IMG/VR virus record: IMGVR_UViG_3300035138_000088
Strand: one strand, 5' to 3'
DNA: 64,000 bases
From: an uncultured virus (IMG/VR IMGVR_UViG_3300035138_000088)
Lineage: Duplodnaviria; Heunggongvirae; Uroviricota; Caudoviricetes
This document shows positions 27,404 to 37,581 of the stretch, one piece after another (position 1 is the first letter of the stretch; each line of letters begins with the position of its first letter). The position numbers and the translations under genes were made by a program. The notes under the pieces were generated by a model, which did no database searches, had not been told where the DNA came from, and was given only the letters and a program-made list of their open reading frames with translations.

Positions 27404-27873
27404 TCCTCACACGGTTCCCCGTCTCCTCTATCCTCATTATCGCATACCAAATAACCGTCGCCATCTAAACCAAGGTCAGATGGTGGAACGAAAGTGCCGC
27501 CGCATTTGCATTTTACGGGTTTACTTTTTCTGGTCAGAATAGAGTACAATAGAGGATAATGGAGTTTTATTTCCTCTTCGAGAAACGATTTCCATTCGTG
27601 TTTCCTTTCACGAGTAGACCAACCGTTAGTGAGTTGTTCTATCAACTCCTTCTTGAGTTCATCAGCATCTATTATGACCCAAGCCCTATTACTTGGTCCA
27701 TGATAAAAATTATGGTGATGAAACTTTAACATAAGCATCCTAAGCATTTCTTCAAGCTTCGGATTTTTATAAGTTCCTTCTGTCATATCATGCCCTGTCT
27801 CTGCAAGCTTAATAAGCCACCCTAATTCGTTGCCTTTAAGTTGAACTTCTTTTGGAAACTTTCTTTCACTCAT
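27388..27873 (-). CDS. hypothetical protein with C-terminal Zn ribbon
   Basis: GGTGA SD. Confidence 0.7.
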   Translation of the reverse strand: MSERKFPKEVQLKGNELGWLIKLAETGHDMTEGTYKNPKLEEMLRMLMLKFHHHNFYHGPSNRAWVIIDADELKKELIEQLTNGWSTRERKHEWKSFLEEEIKLHYPLLYSILTRKSKPVKCKCGGTFVPPSDLGLDGDGYLVCDNEDRGDGEPCEEWIPE

Positions 27874-27879
27874 GATAAA

Positions 27880-28557
27880 TCACCAACAAGCCGCTTTATC
27901 TTTCCAATTAGGATAGTGTTCATCCAGCCATTTTTGAGCTTTCGCTTCCGCATCATCTAACATATCGAGATATGCTTGACCACGCTCTGGCAACTTCATT
28001 GGTTCTGTAGAGTGGATAATTTTTCCGCAATCCATCACATTAACAACTATGACGTTTTCTTTCTCTTTCTTATCGTAGTCTCTTTGTGTAGTGAATCTTG
28101 GACAAACATTAAGGAATGCATCCCTATCATAGAATGCGGCTTTATAGAATATGTTAGCTCTAACTCGTCCTTTGTCGTCAACCAAATTAGACCACATAGA
28201 ATGGTCAGTTGGAACTTTATTCCAGCCTTTCGGAAGTTCCACGTAGGTAAATAACTTGTCGCCTTCGACTGGTCCCAGAAACGTTATACCCCACGATTCT
28301 AATATGGCTTTATCGTCGCCGTGTAATCCCTGTCCCATTTTTGTCGGTAAGGTTTCACTTCCAACGAAAGATTTCTGTCCTTCAGCTTCTTGGTCCTCAA
28401 TAGCTGTACTTGAGCCCTTAACTATTGACGATATGAGGAATCGTTGTGGATTTTCTTTAGCTTCTTGTTCGGTATTTTTTGGAGCTTTCATCCCATTTTT
28501 TAATAGATTTTGACAATTTTTACAATTACAATCGTCTCTATCAACTTCTGTACTCAT
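27880..28557 (-). CDS. conserved phage hypothetical protein ('TDHSMWS.L.D..GR.RA.IFYKAAFYDR')
   Basis: Long ORF; GGTGA SD. Confidence 0.8.
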   Translation of the reverse strand: MSTEVDRDDCNCKNCQNLLKNGMKAPKNTEQEAKENPQRFLISSIVKGSSTAIEDQEAEGQKSFVGSETLPTKMGQGLHGDDKAILESWGITFLGPVEGDKLFTYVELPKGWNKVPTDHSMWSNLVDDKGRVRANIFYKAAFYDRDAFLNVCPRFTTQRDYDKKEKENVIVVNVMDCGKIIHSTEPMKLPERGQAYLDMLDDAEAKAQKWLDEHYPNWKDKAACW

Positions 28558-28970
28558 TCAACATCACCATTTTCTTTTATTTTAATGTCTTCGTAAGCGT
28601 TACATAAATTGTCCAACGCGCCCATTAATGACTCGATAACATGTGCCGTGTCAACCCAGCCGCGTCGCTTAAACTCTTTTTTCATGCGGTAGAGCAGTCC
28701 ACCTACTCTTTGGTAGTTCTTGTATCGTTCGCCATCCTTAAAGATGATTTTGTCTATTATCAGATAAATAAACGACGTAACAGTGGAGTTTCCTTTGTTC
28801 TTTCTGATGAGTTGAGTAAACAGGTAATTCAAACAACCATCACTTGGATATTTATCGTAGAGACTTACGACGTAATCCGCGACTGTCACAACGTCTAAGT
28901 TAGACAGGTCTTGGAACATCCTAACTACTTCATCGAATTCAGGTCTTTGTTCTTTTTTTATGTATGGCAT
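28554..28970 (-). CDS. DUF6899-like phage protein
   Basis: MPYIK..R, 'G.LNY.FT', 'EFKRR', 'YED.KI.ENGDV'. Confidence 0.65.
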   Translation of the reverse strand: MPYIKKEQRPEFDEVVRMFQDLSNLDVVTVADYVVSLYDKYPSDGCLNYLFTQLIRKNKGNSTVTSFIYLIIDKIIFKDGERYKNYQRVGGLLYRMKKEFKRRGWVDTAHVIESLMGALDNLCNAYEDIKIKENGDVE

Positions 28971-29106
28971 TAATCTTTCCTCTTTCTCATTAATTTGTAT
29001 GTTTTGCCGCCGTCTTGACTTACCCATTCCACTGGAATGTATTCGTCTAAAACATCGGCGATTTTGAATAGTGCATCAAACACTTTATCAATGAGTTCCA
29101 TAATTG

Positions 29107-29500
29107 TCATTTTTGGTCCTTCCCATCCCAGCAACATGAAGGTATGCCGAATCTAGCCCTCTTGTTCCAAATATAATTTTTGAAGAAGGTTTTCAACATG
29201 AGATGTCCAGCATCGGTTTCTATTGTGAGTTCTGCATTTCGTTCTTGATGCTTTCCACATTCACATGCTAAGACTCCATCTTTAGGAATCCTAACTTCGA
29301 TTGAAGGGTGATTGTTATGGTCGTGGCAAGGTCGAATAACAGTGTATTCTAACTTGATAATGGTGGACCCGTCTTTCATTTTGTAGATTGAAATGTTGAA
29401 AAGGTCATTCCTGAATATTACTCTACTATTTTTTTCAGAGAGCTCACCAAGGCTTGTAGAAACTTTATTTATATGCTTAACTTCTGTGACTTCAGTTTCC
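29107..29500 (-). CDS. hypothetical protein
   Basis: ORF track 29107..29532; start likely METEV. Confidence 0.6.
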
Positions 29501-29722
29501 ATCTTTCTCAATTTTCTCCTTGTTATTTTCAATTATCTTATCCAAGAGTGCTTCAGTATCCTTATCCTCTTGGAAGAAAAGAGCAACGCTTGTTTTATCT
29601 CCACGTTCGCCTCTGAAGAACACATAGTTTTCGAGTATTTGACCAAGCCGTTGGTCTGGCACAAGTTTCCAAATCTTGCCTAGCTTCTCAAGAATTCTAT
29701 CTATGCGTTCTGGGTCTCTCAT
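29492..29722 (-). CDS. phage protein ('MRDPERID.IL..L...W...PD.RLGQ')
   Basis: Widely recurring small phage family motif. Confidence 0.75.
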   Translation of the reverse strand: MRDPERIDRILEKLGKIWKLVPDQRLGQILENYVFFRGERGDKTSVALFFQEDKDTEALLDKIIENNKEKIEKDGN

Positions 29723-29937
29723 TTTTGTTCTACCTGATTATTATTAGTCGTTTCTTTTATATCTTTCGCTTTTTGGAACTCTTCGAGTTTGTATTGAGGA
29801 ACCTGTGGGCATCTACGACACGCTCGACGGTCAGTGGCATGACTACAGAGGTCCTTATCCTCAACGATTTTTCGCTTTTTCTTCCCAGCTTTTTTGTCGT
29901 AATGTTCACATGATTTGTAGGATGTCACAACATACAC
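29719..29937 (-). CDS. Cys-rich hypothetical protein
   Basis: ORF track. Confidence 0.55.
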   Translation of the reverse strand: MYVVTSYKSCEHYDKKAGKKKRKIVEDKDLCSHATDRRACRRCPQVPQYKLEEFQKAKDIKETTNNNQVEQK

Positions 29938-30284
29938 CCTACTACGACGACTATGTTATTGTAAACTATGACCGCACTAGTTAGGGAGAATGCCCCAATC
30001 AAGCCTAGTCTACCAATATTCAGCCACGTTCTGATAGACTCGTATTTGATTTTGGAAGTAGTATAGCTCATTAGAACAAATATTCCAACGAACAACATAA
30101 CTATTAAGGCTTTTATCATGAAAGTAAATGCTATGCCAACTGACCCTATTAATGATGCTGTAAAGGGGTCGGCTTCGTAGAGTTGCATCGGAAACAGAGT
30201 TAACCCTAACTGGGTTATGCTTATGTCTGCGAAATTGAGGAAAGCAAAGATTGTTAATAACAAGAACTCGTAAGACCTGTTCAT
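29925..30284 (-). CDS. DUF5658-like membrane protein
   Basis: 'LNFADISIT..GL.....EADP' plus 3-4 TM segments. Confidence 0.6.
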   Translation of the reverse strand: MNRSYEFLLLTIFAFLNFADISITQLGLTLFPMQLYEADPFTASLIGSVGIAFTFMIKALIVMLFVGIFVLMSYTTSKIKYESIRTWLNIGRLGLIGAFSLTSAVIVYNNIVVVVGCML

Positions 30285-30718
30285 GGTCCTATCTCCACTA
30301 TCTTGTAGCCGCAATCGCAATCGAGCCAAAGGTCAGTGATATATTCATGTTTTTTATGATATTTAACGTGTACCTTGAGTTCCGCGCCGCAATTTGGACA
30401 TTCTGGTTGAATCAGATTAAAAAATCTACACTTGAAGCAAGGTATAGGGTCCTTATCATAGCGAGTGAATCTGTGAGTACAAGAATCACACGAGTCTATT
30501 TTTACGTTTGGACCTGAACGCCCAAATATATAGTTCATACAATTCCTTCTCATGTCAAAAGCGCAAACTTTTCTATGCATGCACTCTTGGCAAGAATGGT
30601 CTTTTTCAACACTAACGTTAAATTCAGGAGTAGTATAAAAACTATGAGGTATCTTGACTGGTTTTAGTTTAAATGGTTTCCCATTCAAAGTTTCGATTGG
30701 ATATTCTTTACTACTCAT
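30281..30718 (-). CDS. multi-Cys zinc-binding protein
   Basis: CQEC, CDSC, CFKC, CPNC, CDC. Confidence 0.7.
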   Translation of the reverse strand: MSSKEYPIETLNGKPFKLKPVKIPHSFYTTPEFNVSVEKDHSCQECMHRKVCAFDMRRNCMNYIFGRSGPNVKIDSCDSCTHRFTRYDKDPIPCFKCRFFNLIQPECPNCGAELKVHVKYHKKHEYITDLWLDCDCGYKIVEIGP

Positions 30719-30920
30719 TTTCTGGGTTCGCCTCTTCTGGACCAAAATTGGTACAAAAACTCTCTACGGCTATAAACGGTACGGCATTTCTCTTTGTTGA
30801 ACGGTTAACATGCTCGAAACGTCTCGCTTTGAGAGATAAATTAGCTGGGCTTCTCTTCAAGTTGCAAACTTCACGCTTGTCGCAACGATGGCAATTCTTG
30901 ATTGAAGCTAGGTTTATCAT
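30711..30920 (-). CDS. Cys-containing small protein
   Basis: CHRC....C. Confidence 0.6.
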   Translation of the reverse strand: MINLASIKNCHRCDKREVCNLKRSPANLSLKARRFEHVNRSTKRNAVPFIAVESFCTNFGPEEANPENE

Positions 30921-31159
30921 TTTCTTTCCACCGTAACCAACTTGTTATCCTCAAGGAATTTAATAAAGGTTTCTATATCCTTCTGGGATATATGATTCTT
31001 TCCTTTACCTAATCCAGTTTTGTTGTGTTCTCTTACATAATTCTTCAGTGATGTTGGAGAAGTCGAACCAAATGTAGCAGTCTCTATATCAACGACGTTA
31101 AGTAAGTAATTGAATTTTCTTCCGAGAATAGTAACCTTAATTTTAGTTCTATTTCCCAC
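30917..31159 (-). CDS. hypothetical protein
   Basis: ORF track; overlaps. Confidence 0.65.
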   Translation of the reverse strand: MGNRTKIKVTILGRKFNYLLNVVDIETATFGSTSPTSLKNYVREHNKTGLGKGKNHISQKDIETFIKFLEDNKLVTVERK

Positions 31160-31436
31160 TTCTCTTGTCCCATCCTAATTGTTTTCTAAGCCAATCAGCA
31201 TCTAGCTCGAACGATACAATAACTTTACCCTTTACTACCTTGGGTTTGCGGAAGTAAATCTGTAATGGTTGCTTCTTTTTTGCTATTGGAATCTTAGGCT
31301 TTAATCCGTTGGCTTTATCTATCTTTTCCTTGTTAGTCATATTCATGCATAAGAGAGCTCCCTCACAATACTTGCATAGCTCATGGTTTTCATCGAATCC
31401 ATAACCAAACATACTACAAGGTTCATGTGGCATTTT
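31149..31436 (-). CDS. protein with N-terminal Cys4 motif
   Basis: MPHEPC...CKYC....C (ORF track 31149..31463). Confidence 0.6.
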   Translation of the reverse strand, partial: KMPHEPCSMFGYGFDENHELCKYCEGALLCMNMTNKEKIDKANGLKPKIPIAKKKQPLQIYFRKPKVVKGKVIVSFELDADWLRKQLGWDKRSGK

Positions 31437-31719
31437 TGTTTTCACTCTCTTCTTCATAGACAAAGTTTTCGTCTTGCATGATTAGATATTCAACATAATC
31501 GCCAACTGCTCGTGCTATGTTGGCTGGGGATTCTATAACTACATCTCCAGACTTGTTCCGCCTCTTCGTCCAGTTTTTGATTATCGCTTCCGTTCTATTG
31601 ATAACTAAGTGTCTAATCTGGCTACCACAGAATTTAATCTCGTCATGTTCTTTTTTGTTTTTTACATGAATTCTAATTTTCTCTGTTTCTTCACCGTTTA
31701 TCAGTACCATCTGGTTCAC
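31423..31719 (-). CDS. hypothetical protein
   Basis: ORF track. Confidence 0.65.
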   Translation of the reverse strand: MNQMVLINGEETEKIRIHVKNKKEHDEIKFCGSQIRHLVINRTEAIIKNWTKRRNKSGDVVIESPANIARAVGDYVEYLIMQDENFVYEEESENKNAT

Positions 31720-32062
31720 CCCTATCTATTTTTATCCTGTTTTTTAAGAGCAGATTATCTTTCTTGAACTTCTTTTCCCATGCAAAAACTGGATTAGTTT
31801 GAGCCCCAAAGTGAGTATAGATGTCGCCAATGTCGTCTATGCTTATTGATTGAATCAAGATTTCCTTATGCTCTTGGATTACTTTATGAATTGTTAATCG
31901 GAGAACCCCGTCGTCTGCAAAGTCTATTCTGGCATTGAATTTCTTTCCGAAGAAACAGAAATAGACACGTTCTCCATCATGTTCAATCTTAAAGTCTAAA
32001 GTTTTCCCTTCGGTGATGCCATTTCCAAGCGTGAATATTCTGGCTATGTTATTGGGCAACAT
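31691..32062 (-). CDS. hypothetical protein
   Basis: GGTGA SD. Confidence 0.7.
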   Translation of the reverse strand: MLPNNIARIFTLGNGITEGKTLDFKIEHDGERVYFCFFGKKFNARIDFADDGVLRLTIHKVIQEHKEILIQSISIDDIGDIYTHFGAQTNPVFAWEKKFKKDNLLLKNRIKIDRGEPDGTDKR

Positions 32063-32248
32063 TTATTCGTCACCGTCCAGATAGATTGTTGATTTAGAAA
32101 CTGTGTCCTTGCGCCAAACTCTCTTGGTATTACCCATCTTCCTCTTTGGAAGTTTAGGTTTGGGTTTATCAAGTAAGTCTTCCAGTCGTTTGTCGCCCAT
32201 CCAGTTTTACACACCTTTATAGTGCATAAAGGTATGGCAACCAGATAT

Positions 32249-32452
32249 TTAAGCCTTTCGTTTTTTGCGCTTCTTTACGGGTTCCTTTCTATAAAAGTCA
32301 TCGTTATTGGCTACTTTCTTCCAACATTTCTTACAGATTTCAATTTTGATTTCTTCATCTTTACTATTCTTCTCGACAACGGTAACAGCTATGTCGGTAC
32401 TGTTGCATTTCCTGTAGCTCAATTTGAGTTTGTGTACATCACACATAACCAC
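32249..32452 (-). CDS. small zinc-finger protein with basic tail
   Basis: C...C...CKKC. Confidence 0.6.
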   Translation of the reverse strand: MVMCDVHKLKLSYRKCNSTDIAVTVVEKNSKDEEIKIEICKKCWKKVANNDDFYRKEPVKKRKKRKA

Positions 32453-32620
32453 ACTAGTAGCGCGGGACTTTAAAAAGATTTCGCTTGTTTTTCATTATAC
32501 TTAGGACATGCAATGTTTCCAAAACACTTTTCACAGCTCTCTATTTTATAGTAGTGTTTACCAAGATAACACGGTTCCATGAAAGCCACCATACTATATA
32601 TGGTAACTCAAATTTATAAG

Positions 32621-32992
32621 TTATTCTACTAGAGCATAAATCGAATCATCGCCACACATAAGAGTGCGACCAGTAGCTACAACAAAAATCTTCTTTTCGT
32701 CGAGTAATTTGAAAAGATGCTTTGATAAAGCCGAGCTGGTCGTCATAAATCCTCTTTTCCAGAACTCGTGGTACATGCTTGACTTTCGCATTTCTCTTTT
32801 ATCAAGGATTTCCAGTATAGCCTTGCGAGTCTTTTCATAGATGCTTAAGCCTTTTCCCCAGTCCTTATATTTTATAGAAAAACGGTTAAGAATGTAAACT
32901 GTTTCTGGACTACATTTAGGACAATATTTAGCTAGAAGATTTTCATCGTCTGTTTCGAAACCGCAATTTGGATTGCTACACTGAAACTTCAA
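32621..32992 (-). CDS. Zn-ribbon + winged-helix putative transcription regulator
   Basis: CSNPNC...CPKC then 'ILEIL...ALSKHLFKL.DE.KI'. Confidence 0.6.
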   Translation of the reverse strand: MKFQCSNPNCGFETDDENLLAKYCPKCSPETVYILNRFSIKYKDWGKGLSIYEKTRKAILEILDKREMRKSSMYHEFWKRGFMTTSSALSKHLFKLLDEKKIFVVATGRTLMCGDDSIYALVE

Positions 32993-33540
32993 TATTGCAC
33001 ACCTTCGTCACATACGTCTTCATCTGGAGCTTTGATTGTAACGATTTCATTAACGAAGTCAGCTAATTCCATGAGTTCTTCAGTAGCATGTCGTCCAGTC
33101 ATGACGATATTCATGTCTTGTGGTATATTATTCAAGAATTGCTTTACTTCATCAACGGTAAGTAACTTACAATAAACGGCTAAGTTTATTTCATCGAGAA
33201 TCAATAGGTCTGTTTTGTTGTCAGTGATATACCGCCAAGTTTCTATTAAAGCTTCTAACGCTTTTTCTTTGTCCCTTCGATTAAGACTATTAAGCCCATG
33301 CCAGCCTTTTCTACCGTACTGTTTGACCGTAAGATATTCTTTTATTTTTTCCATGAATTGAGCTTGATATTCTCCAGTATTTGTGTTCCACTTCATTAAT
33401 TGGAGCATAAAGACCTTTTTACCATGACCTATAGCTCTCAATGCCAAACCTAATGCGTTGGTAGTCTTACCAGCACCATCTCCAGTATAAAGATATATTT
33501 TACCCATTATCTTGTCATCTCCAATCTGTTTATCTTCCAT
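32989..33540 (-). CDS. btuR: ATP:cob(I)alamin adenosyltransferase (CobA/BtuR/CobO family)
   Basis: 'IYLYTGDGAGKTTNALGLALRAIGHG', 'Q.MK', 'LLILDEIN', 'MTGRHA..EL...AD.V.EI'; start likely MGKIY 33507. Confidence 0.9.
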   Translation of the reverse strand: MEDKQIGDDKIMGKIYLYTGDGAGKTTNALGLALRAIGHGKKVFMLQLMKWNTNTGEYQAQFMEKIKEYLTVKQYGRKGWHGLNSLNRRDKEKALEALIETWRYITDNKTDLLILDEINLAVYCKLLTVDEVKQFLNNIPQDMNIVMTGRHATEELMELADFVNEIVTIKAPDEDVCDEGVQY

Positions 33541-33658
33541 TGGTCTATAAAAAGCTTTTGGGCTGGAGTCAGCTTTATTCCGAATACGAATTCAAAAAAT
33601 TCAGAAGTTGTCATCTCGGAAAGTTTACCCATTTTTTACTTCTCCTAATCTCCATCCC

Positions 33659-33919
33659 TCATCTTTTCAACCTCATTCTAATCAAGAACGTCAAAACCAG
33701 AACCCAATAAATAACTAACGGTATTGACAGAACCACCGTAAAGTAGTCTCCTAGTGCCGCAAAATAAACAGTATAAAGGCTTTGCCCAATCAAGATTCCA
33801 ATATTGAATAGGCTGAATCCTTTCAGGTCAAACCTATTCTTGATTATAGCTTTGAAAGCTGGGATAGTTCCAAAAAGCAAGAAGAACATCGCCAAGTTTG
33901 ATATGATAGTTAGTCCCAT
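33659..33919 (-). CDS. 3-TM PQ-loop/SemiSWEET-like membrane protein
   Basis: 'FG.IP....IIK...LKG.S' and three hydrophobic segments. Confidence 0.45.
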   Translation of the reverse strand: MGLTIISNLAMFFLLFGTIPAFKAIIKNRFDLKGFSLFNIGILIGQSLYTVYFAALGDYFTVVLSIPLVIYWVLVLTFLIRMRLKR

Positions 33920-34266
33920 TAGTCAAGCTTCCTTCCTATCCTTATTGGACCACCATTGTTTCTAGTGAAGCATTTAATGGTAATCCTTTTGGTTTCCACT
34001 TCAAAAGGCGGCGGTACATACTTCTTGCTCTTGTTAACAAGACTTAAAAAGTCAGTAACCTGAGTGAGACATCCTAGACTCCAATCGGTTTCGCTTTCTG
34101 GAACAAAGATGTATTGTCTCCACGTTGGACTCCAACGTATCTCTCCAAGCACTTCATGATGGGGAGTAACGCCAGACTCTATTACGAGTTTGTTTGTAAG
34201 TACAGCATAAACGTTCGTTTTTGGTTTCTCTTCTACCAACTCAAAGTGGATGTATTCTTTACTCAT
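33919..34266 (-). CDS. phage hypothetical protein ('LG.I.W...WRQY.F.P')
   Basis: Recurring phage motif. Confidence 0.75.
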   Translation of the reverse strand: MSKEYIHFELVEEKPKTNVYAVLTNKLVIESGVTPHHEVLGEIRWSPTWRQYIFVPESETDWSLGCLTQVTDFLSLVNKSKKYVPPPFEVETKRITIKCFTRNNGGPIRIGRKLD

Positions 34267-34481
34267 AGACCTAACTCCGAAGTTGAACCGACATCATCGG
34301 GCTTAATCTCTTCCTTCTCCCAAGTGTGTCGTCCTTTACTTATATTAAAGGCTGTTCTCATTATTAAACCTAACGCCATATCAATAGACATATCCTCATC
34401 TATTACATGCTCTTTCAAACAAAGCTCTATGGCATCTTTGAAGTGTTTAACTTTTATTGAACTTCTAATCTTTACCACCAT
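34263..34481 (-). CDS. hypothetical protein
   Basis: ORF track. Confidence 0.6.
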   Translation of the reverse strand: MVVKIRSSIKVKHFKDAIELCLKEHVIDEDMSIDMALGLIMRTAFNISKGRHTWEKEEIKPDDVGSTSELGL

Positions 34482-34633
34482 TGGCTATTAATCGTAAATC
34501 GTGTAATTCTTCTTTTGAGGGTTTAGGATTTTCTAACTGTTTTTTCATTTGCCTATTTTCATACCAATATAGAACTGGATATAATGAAATAACTACTATT
34601 ATAGCTACACAAATAATAATCATACCTATTGTT

Positions 34634-36010
34634 TCACCTATCATTGAGTATTTCCCTCGCTCTCTTTAACAGGTAAGTTCTCCTGTTTAATCTCGGACGT
34701 TCGACTACTTCATCTAGTAGGGTCTTCTGGATTTTCCCTATAAGGGGACCCGCTTCTATTCCTAAGTCCATAATGTCATAGCCGTTAATCCTTAAGTCTT
34801 TAATCCTGAATGGTTGTTTAGCCACTCTTACTTTTAGGAGCTTCACTTCGAATTTCCTTGTATTTTCGAAGGCTGACCTTACAAATGGACTACCGCATGC
34901 GATTATGTCTGCATTTGCATGAACTACAATGTCAGAAACCCAATCTGGATTTTCAAGCTTAGATAGGTAACGCCGAGCTCCTCTCGAAGTCATAGCCTTA
35001 TTGAAATGTACATCCATATGATGTTTGACCATGAATAGTATATACTTTGCTTCCTCATTAGAGAACTTGAATCGTTCGACGATATTCGATGCTATCTCTA
35101 CGCCATCTAAATGATGCTTGGGGAAGTATGGTTTGGAATCGTTAGCTTTACGTTTGCCGCAATCATGAATTAACCCGACGAATCTAAGCAGAGGCTTTGA
35201 GGATGGTATATGTCGAACCGTTTCGAACATATGGTACATAACCGTGTGCTCATGAGGTTTAGGCTGAACTACATGTTTCAATCGCGTAACTTCAGGAAGG
35301 AGTTGTTCCATTAAGCCAGTACCTTCCAAATAAGACAGAGCCCAGTGGGGGTTTTCGATAGCGAAAATCTTGAATAGTTCGTCTTTGATTCGCTCCATAG
35401 GAATCTCTACGATTAGATGAGATAAAGCCTTAGCCGCGTCATAAGTTTCTTTGTTTATTATGAAACCAAGTTTGCATGCGAAGCGACACATTCGAATCAT
35501 CCTTAGAGGGTCCTCTCTGAATCTTTCCTCTGGAACGCCTACTGTTCGAATTATATGATTGTCCAAGTCCCTGTAGCCTCTAAAGGGGTCAATAAGTTTG
35601 ACACCATTCAAAGCCATAGCGTTAACCGTAAAGTCTCTTCGGCTTAGGTCCTTATCTAGGCTATCCTCAAAAGTCACTTCGTCTGGATGTCTCCTGTCCG
35701 AATACTTTCCTTCAGACCTATAAGTTGTAATCTCTATTTTCTCTGGTCCTCTTCCATCATCATCGTCTATTATAATCGTCATAGTTCCAAACTTTTCCCC
35801 AGTAGGAATAGCTGTAAAAGGTGTACTTCGGAATACTTCGGCTACCTGATTTGGTCTAGCATTTGTTGCTATGTCAACGTCGCTGATTGGACGGTTAAGA
35901 AGCGAATCTCTAACTGCACCACCGACTATATAGGCTTCATAGCCAGCCTTGGTAAGTATGTTGCACAAACCAAAAGCTTTAATGAGTTTCAACATTTTGT
36001 GGTTCTCCAT
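34634..36010 (-). CDS. cca: class II tRNA nucleotidyltransferase (CCA-adding-like) with HD domain
   Basis: 'VGGAVRD.LL....DVDIAT', 'EITTYR', 'DL.RRDFTVNAMA', 'EDPLRMIR..RF', 'ERI..EL', 'HDCGK'. Confidence 0.9.
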   Translation of the reverse strand: MENHKMLKLIKAFGLCNILTKAGYEAYIVGGAVRDSLLNRPISDVDIATNARPNQVAEVFRSTPFTAIPTGEKFGTMTIIIDDDDGRGPEKIEITTYRSEGKYSDRRHPDEVTFEDSLDKDLSRRDFTVNAMALNGVKLIDPFRGYRDLDNHIIRTVGVPEERFREDPLRMIRMCRFACKLGFIINKETYDAAKALSHLIVEIPMERIKDELFKIFAIENPHWALSYLEGTGLMEQLLPEVTRLKHVVQPKPHEHTVMYHMFETVRHIPSSKPLLRFVGLIHDCGKRKANDSKPYFPKHHLDGVEIASNIVERFKFSNEEAKYILFMVKHHMDVHFNKAMTSRGARRYLSKLENPDWVSDIVVHANADIIACGSPFVRSAFENTRKFEVKLLKVRVAKQPFRIKDLRINGYDIMDLGIEAGPLIGKIQKTLLDEVVERPRLNRRTYLLKRAREILNDR

Positions 36011-36153
36011 AAAGTTTTCTGGTGCGCCAATCTCTTACGCAGTTGTTACAGTCGCATGCTTCACACTCTTCGTCTCCACACTCTGGTACTGTTTCAACCG
36101 CTGTCAGTTTGCCATTTTCGAAATACGCAATTAGAGTTAACATGTTTTTTCGC

Positions 36154-36468
36154 CTATACGTTCTCTATTATTACTAAATGGGGCTTTCCATCATCGTCAA
36201 CCGTAGCCATATATGCCACGTTTTTTGTCGTATAAAGAGTAATAATTCTCATATGATTACTACCAAAAAACTTCTCCAAGATGGATTTTTCAGACTTCTC
36301 GACTTTTCTTACTCCAAATAAACCATCCAAGAGTTCTTTAAGTAAATCAATACATACATTATCTAAGTTCCACGCATCAACGAAGTCCCTTAAAGATGAA
36401 ACTTTCTTCTCTAATTCTCGTAATCTTTTCAATTCCAATTCTAAAGCCATTTCTTCTGCTGAAATCAT
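36154..36468 (-). CDS. hypothetical protein
   Basis: ATGA overlap with ligase. Confidence 0.65.
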   Translation of the reverse strand: MISAEEMALELELKRLRELEKKVSSLRDFVDAWNLDNVCIDLLKELLDGLFGVRKVEKSEKSILEKFFGSNHMRIITLYTTKNVAYMATVDDDGKPHLVIIENV

Positions 36469-37418
36469 TCCCCTTTCTCCTTGTCCTTGTCGGATTGAAG
36501 TCCCATGCTTAATCCTACTGCAAATTCAGTGGGGTTATCTTCCTCTTTTCTAGCTAAGTATTCTTGCCAGTAAGTGAATAACTTCTTAGATGGAGATGAA
36601 TAAAGATGTTTCTTGGCTTCCTTGCCGACATAAGCGGCTACTAAAGGCATGTCGTGGGCGGGGTCCCCAGTTAGTCCTTCGTCGGCATCAACTTTGGCTA
36701 TAGCACCGTAGACTTCGCTATCTGGCATAGATGGATACTCTGGATTACCCCTGTCTTTCTTTATCCTCTCTGGCTTAGGAATGTCAACTTTCACCTTAGC
36801 TTGAATGAGCCCACAGCCGTACTCTTTGTAATAACCGCGTATTTGTTCGGGAACTTTGTAGGCTTTAATAACCATACCTTCGAGACTGTTCGCTTTGCAG
36901 TATTTTAATGCTTCGTCAGCCATAGCCATTAGGCTTTTTTCTGACCTATGGCGAGTCTCAGCCCATAACTTCACTACTGGGATTCCATAATGGAAGGCTT
37001 GTTGATGAACAAGCACATAAGGAAGGAACTTGTCAGCGGCTTTGTCAAATATGTCAAAGATTACCAGCATATCGCGCTCATAGGTTTCCGCTCTTGTGAC
37101 GCTTAATCCTTTTCGACAAGCTTCGACATAAACCAGAAATTGAGGATTATCATTCAAAAGTTGTAAAACTTTGGGATATTCGTCAGTCCTTTTGACTAGA
37201 GCTTGCAAGTCTGAAGCGGCTTCCTCATTGTTTCGGCTATTGATGAGAATAAATTGTCTTTTCATGATAGAGTTTTCTACACTCTTCAATTGAATACCTA
37301 TATTTGAACCGTCTTTCTTCTCGGTCCAGAATAGACGTTGACCTAGCAAAATCCTCTTTGTTGGTTTCATTGAGGAAAGGATTGGTATGTGCGGGTATCG
37401 TTTGAATTCATCATCCAT
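36465..37418 (-). CDS. ATP-dependent RNA ligase (Rnl2-like)
   Basis: Motif I EKKDGSN, SRN, 'VE', 'FDI', 'EGMV', 'AKVK'. Confidence 0.75.
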   Translation of the reverse strand: MDDEFKRYPHIPILSSMKPTKRILLGQRLFWTEKKDGSNIGIQLKSVENSIMKRQFILINSRNNEEAASDLQALVKRTDEYPKVLQLLNDNPQFLVYVEACRKGLSVTRAETYERDMLVIFDIFDKAADKFLPYVLVHQQAFHYGIPVVKLWAETRHRSEKSLMAMADEALKYCKANSLEGMVIKAYKVPEQIRGYYKEYGCGLIQAKVKVDIPKPERIKKDRGNPEYPSMPDSEVYGAIAKVDADEGLTGDPAHDMPLVAAYVGKEAKKHLYSSPSKKLFTYWQEYLARKEEDNPTEFAVGLSMGLQSDKDKEKGE

Positions 37419-37581
37419 CTATTTCTACCTCTTCCAATTTCGAGTCAATAGTCTTGCATTTGGGACATTGATAAACTCGCGTAACATGAACGTTAGGATT
37501 TGACCTGATACTAAACTTGTAAACCATTTCGGTTCCACAATCTGGACAGTCTACCATTGTTTTCATCCCTTATATATTAGA

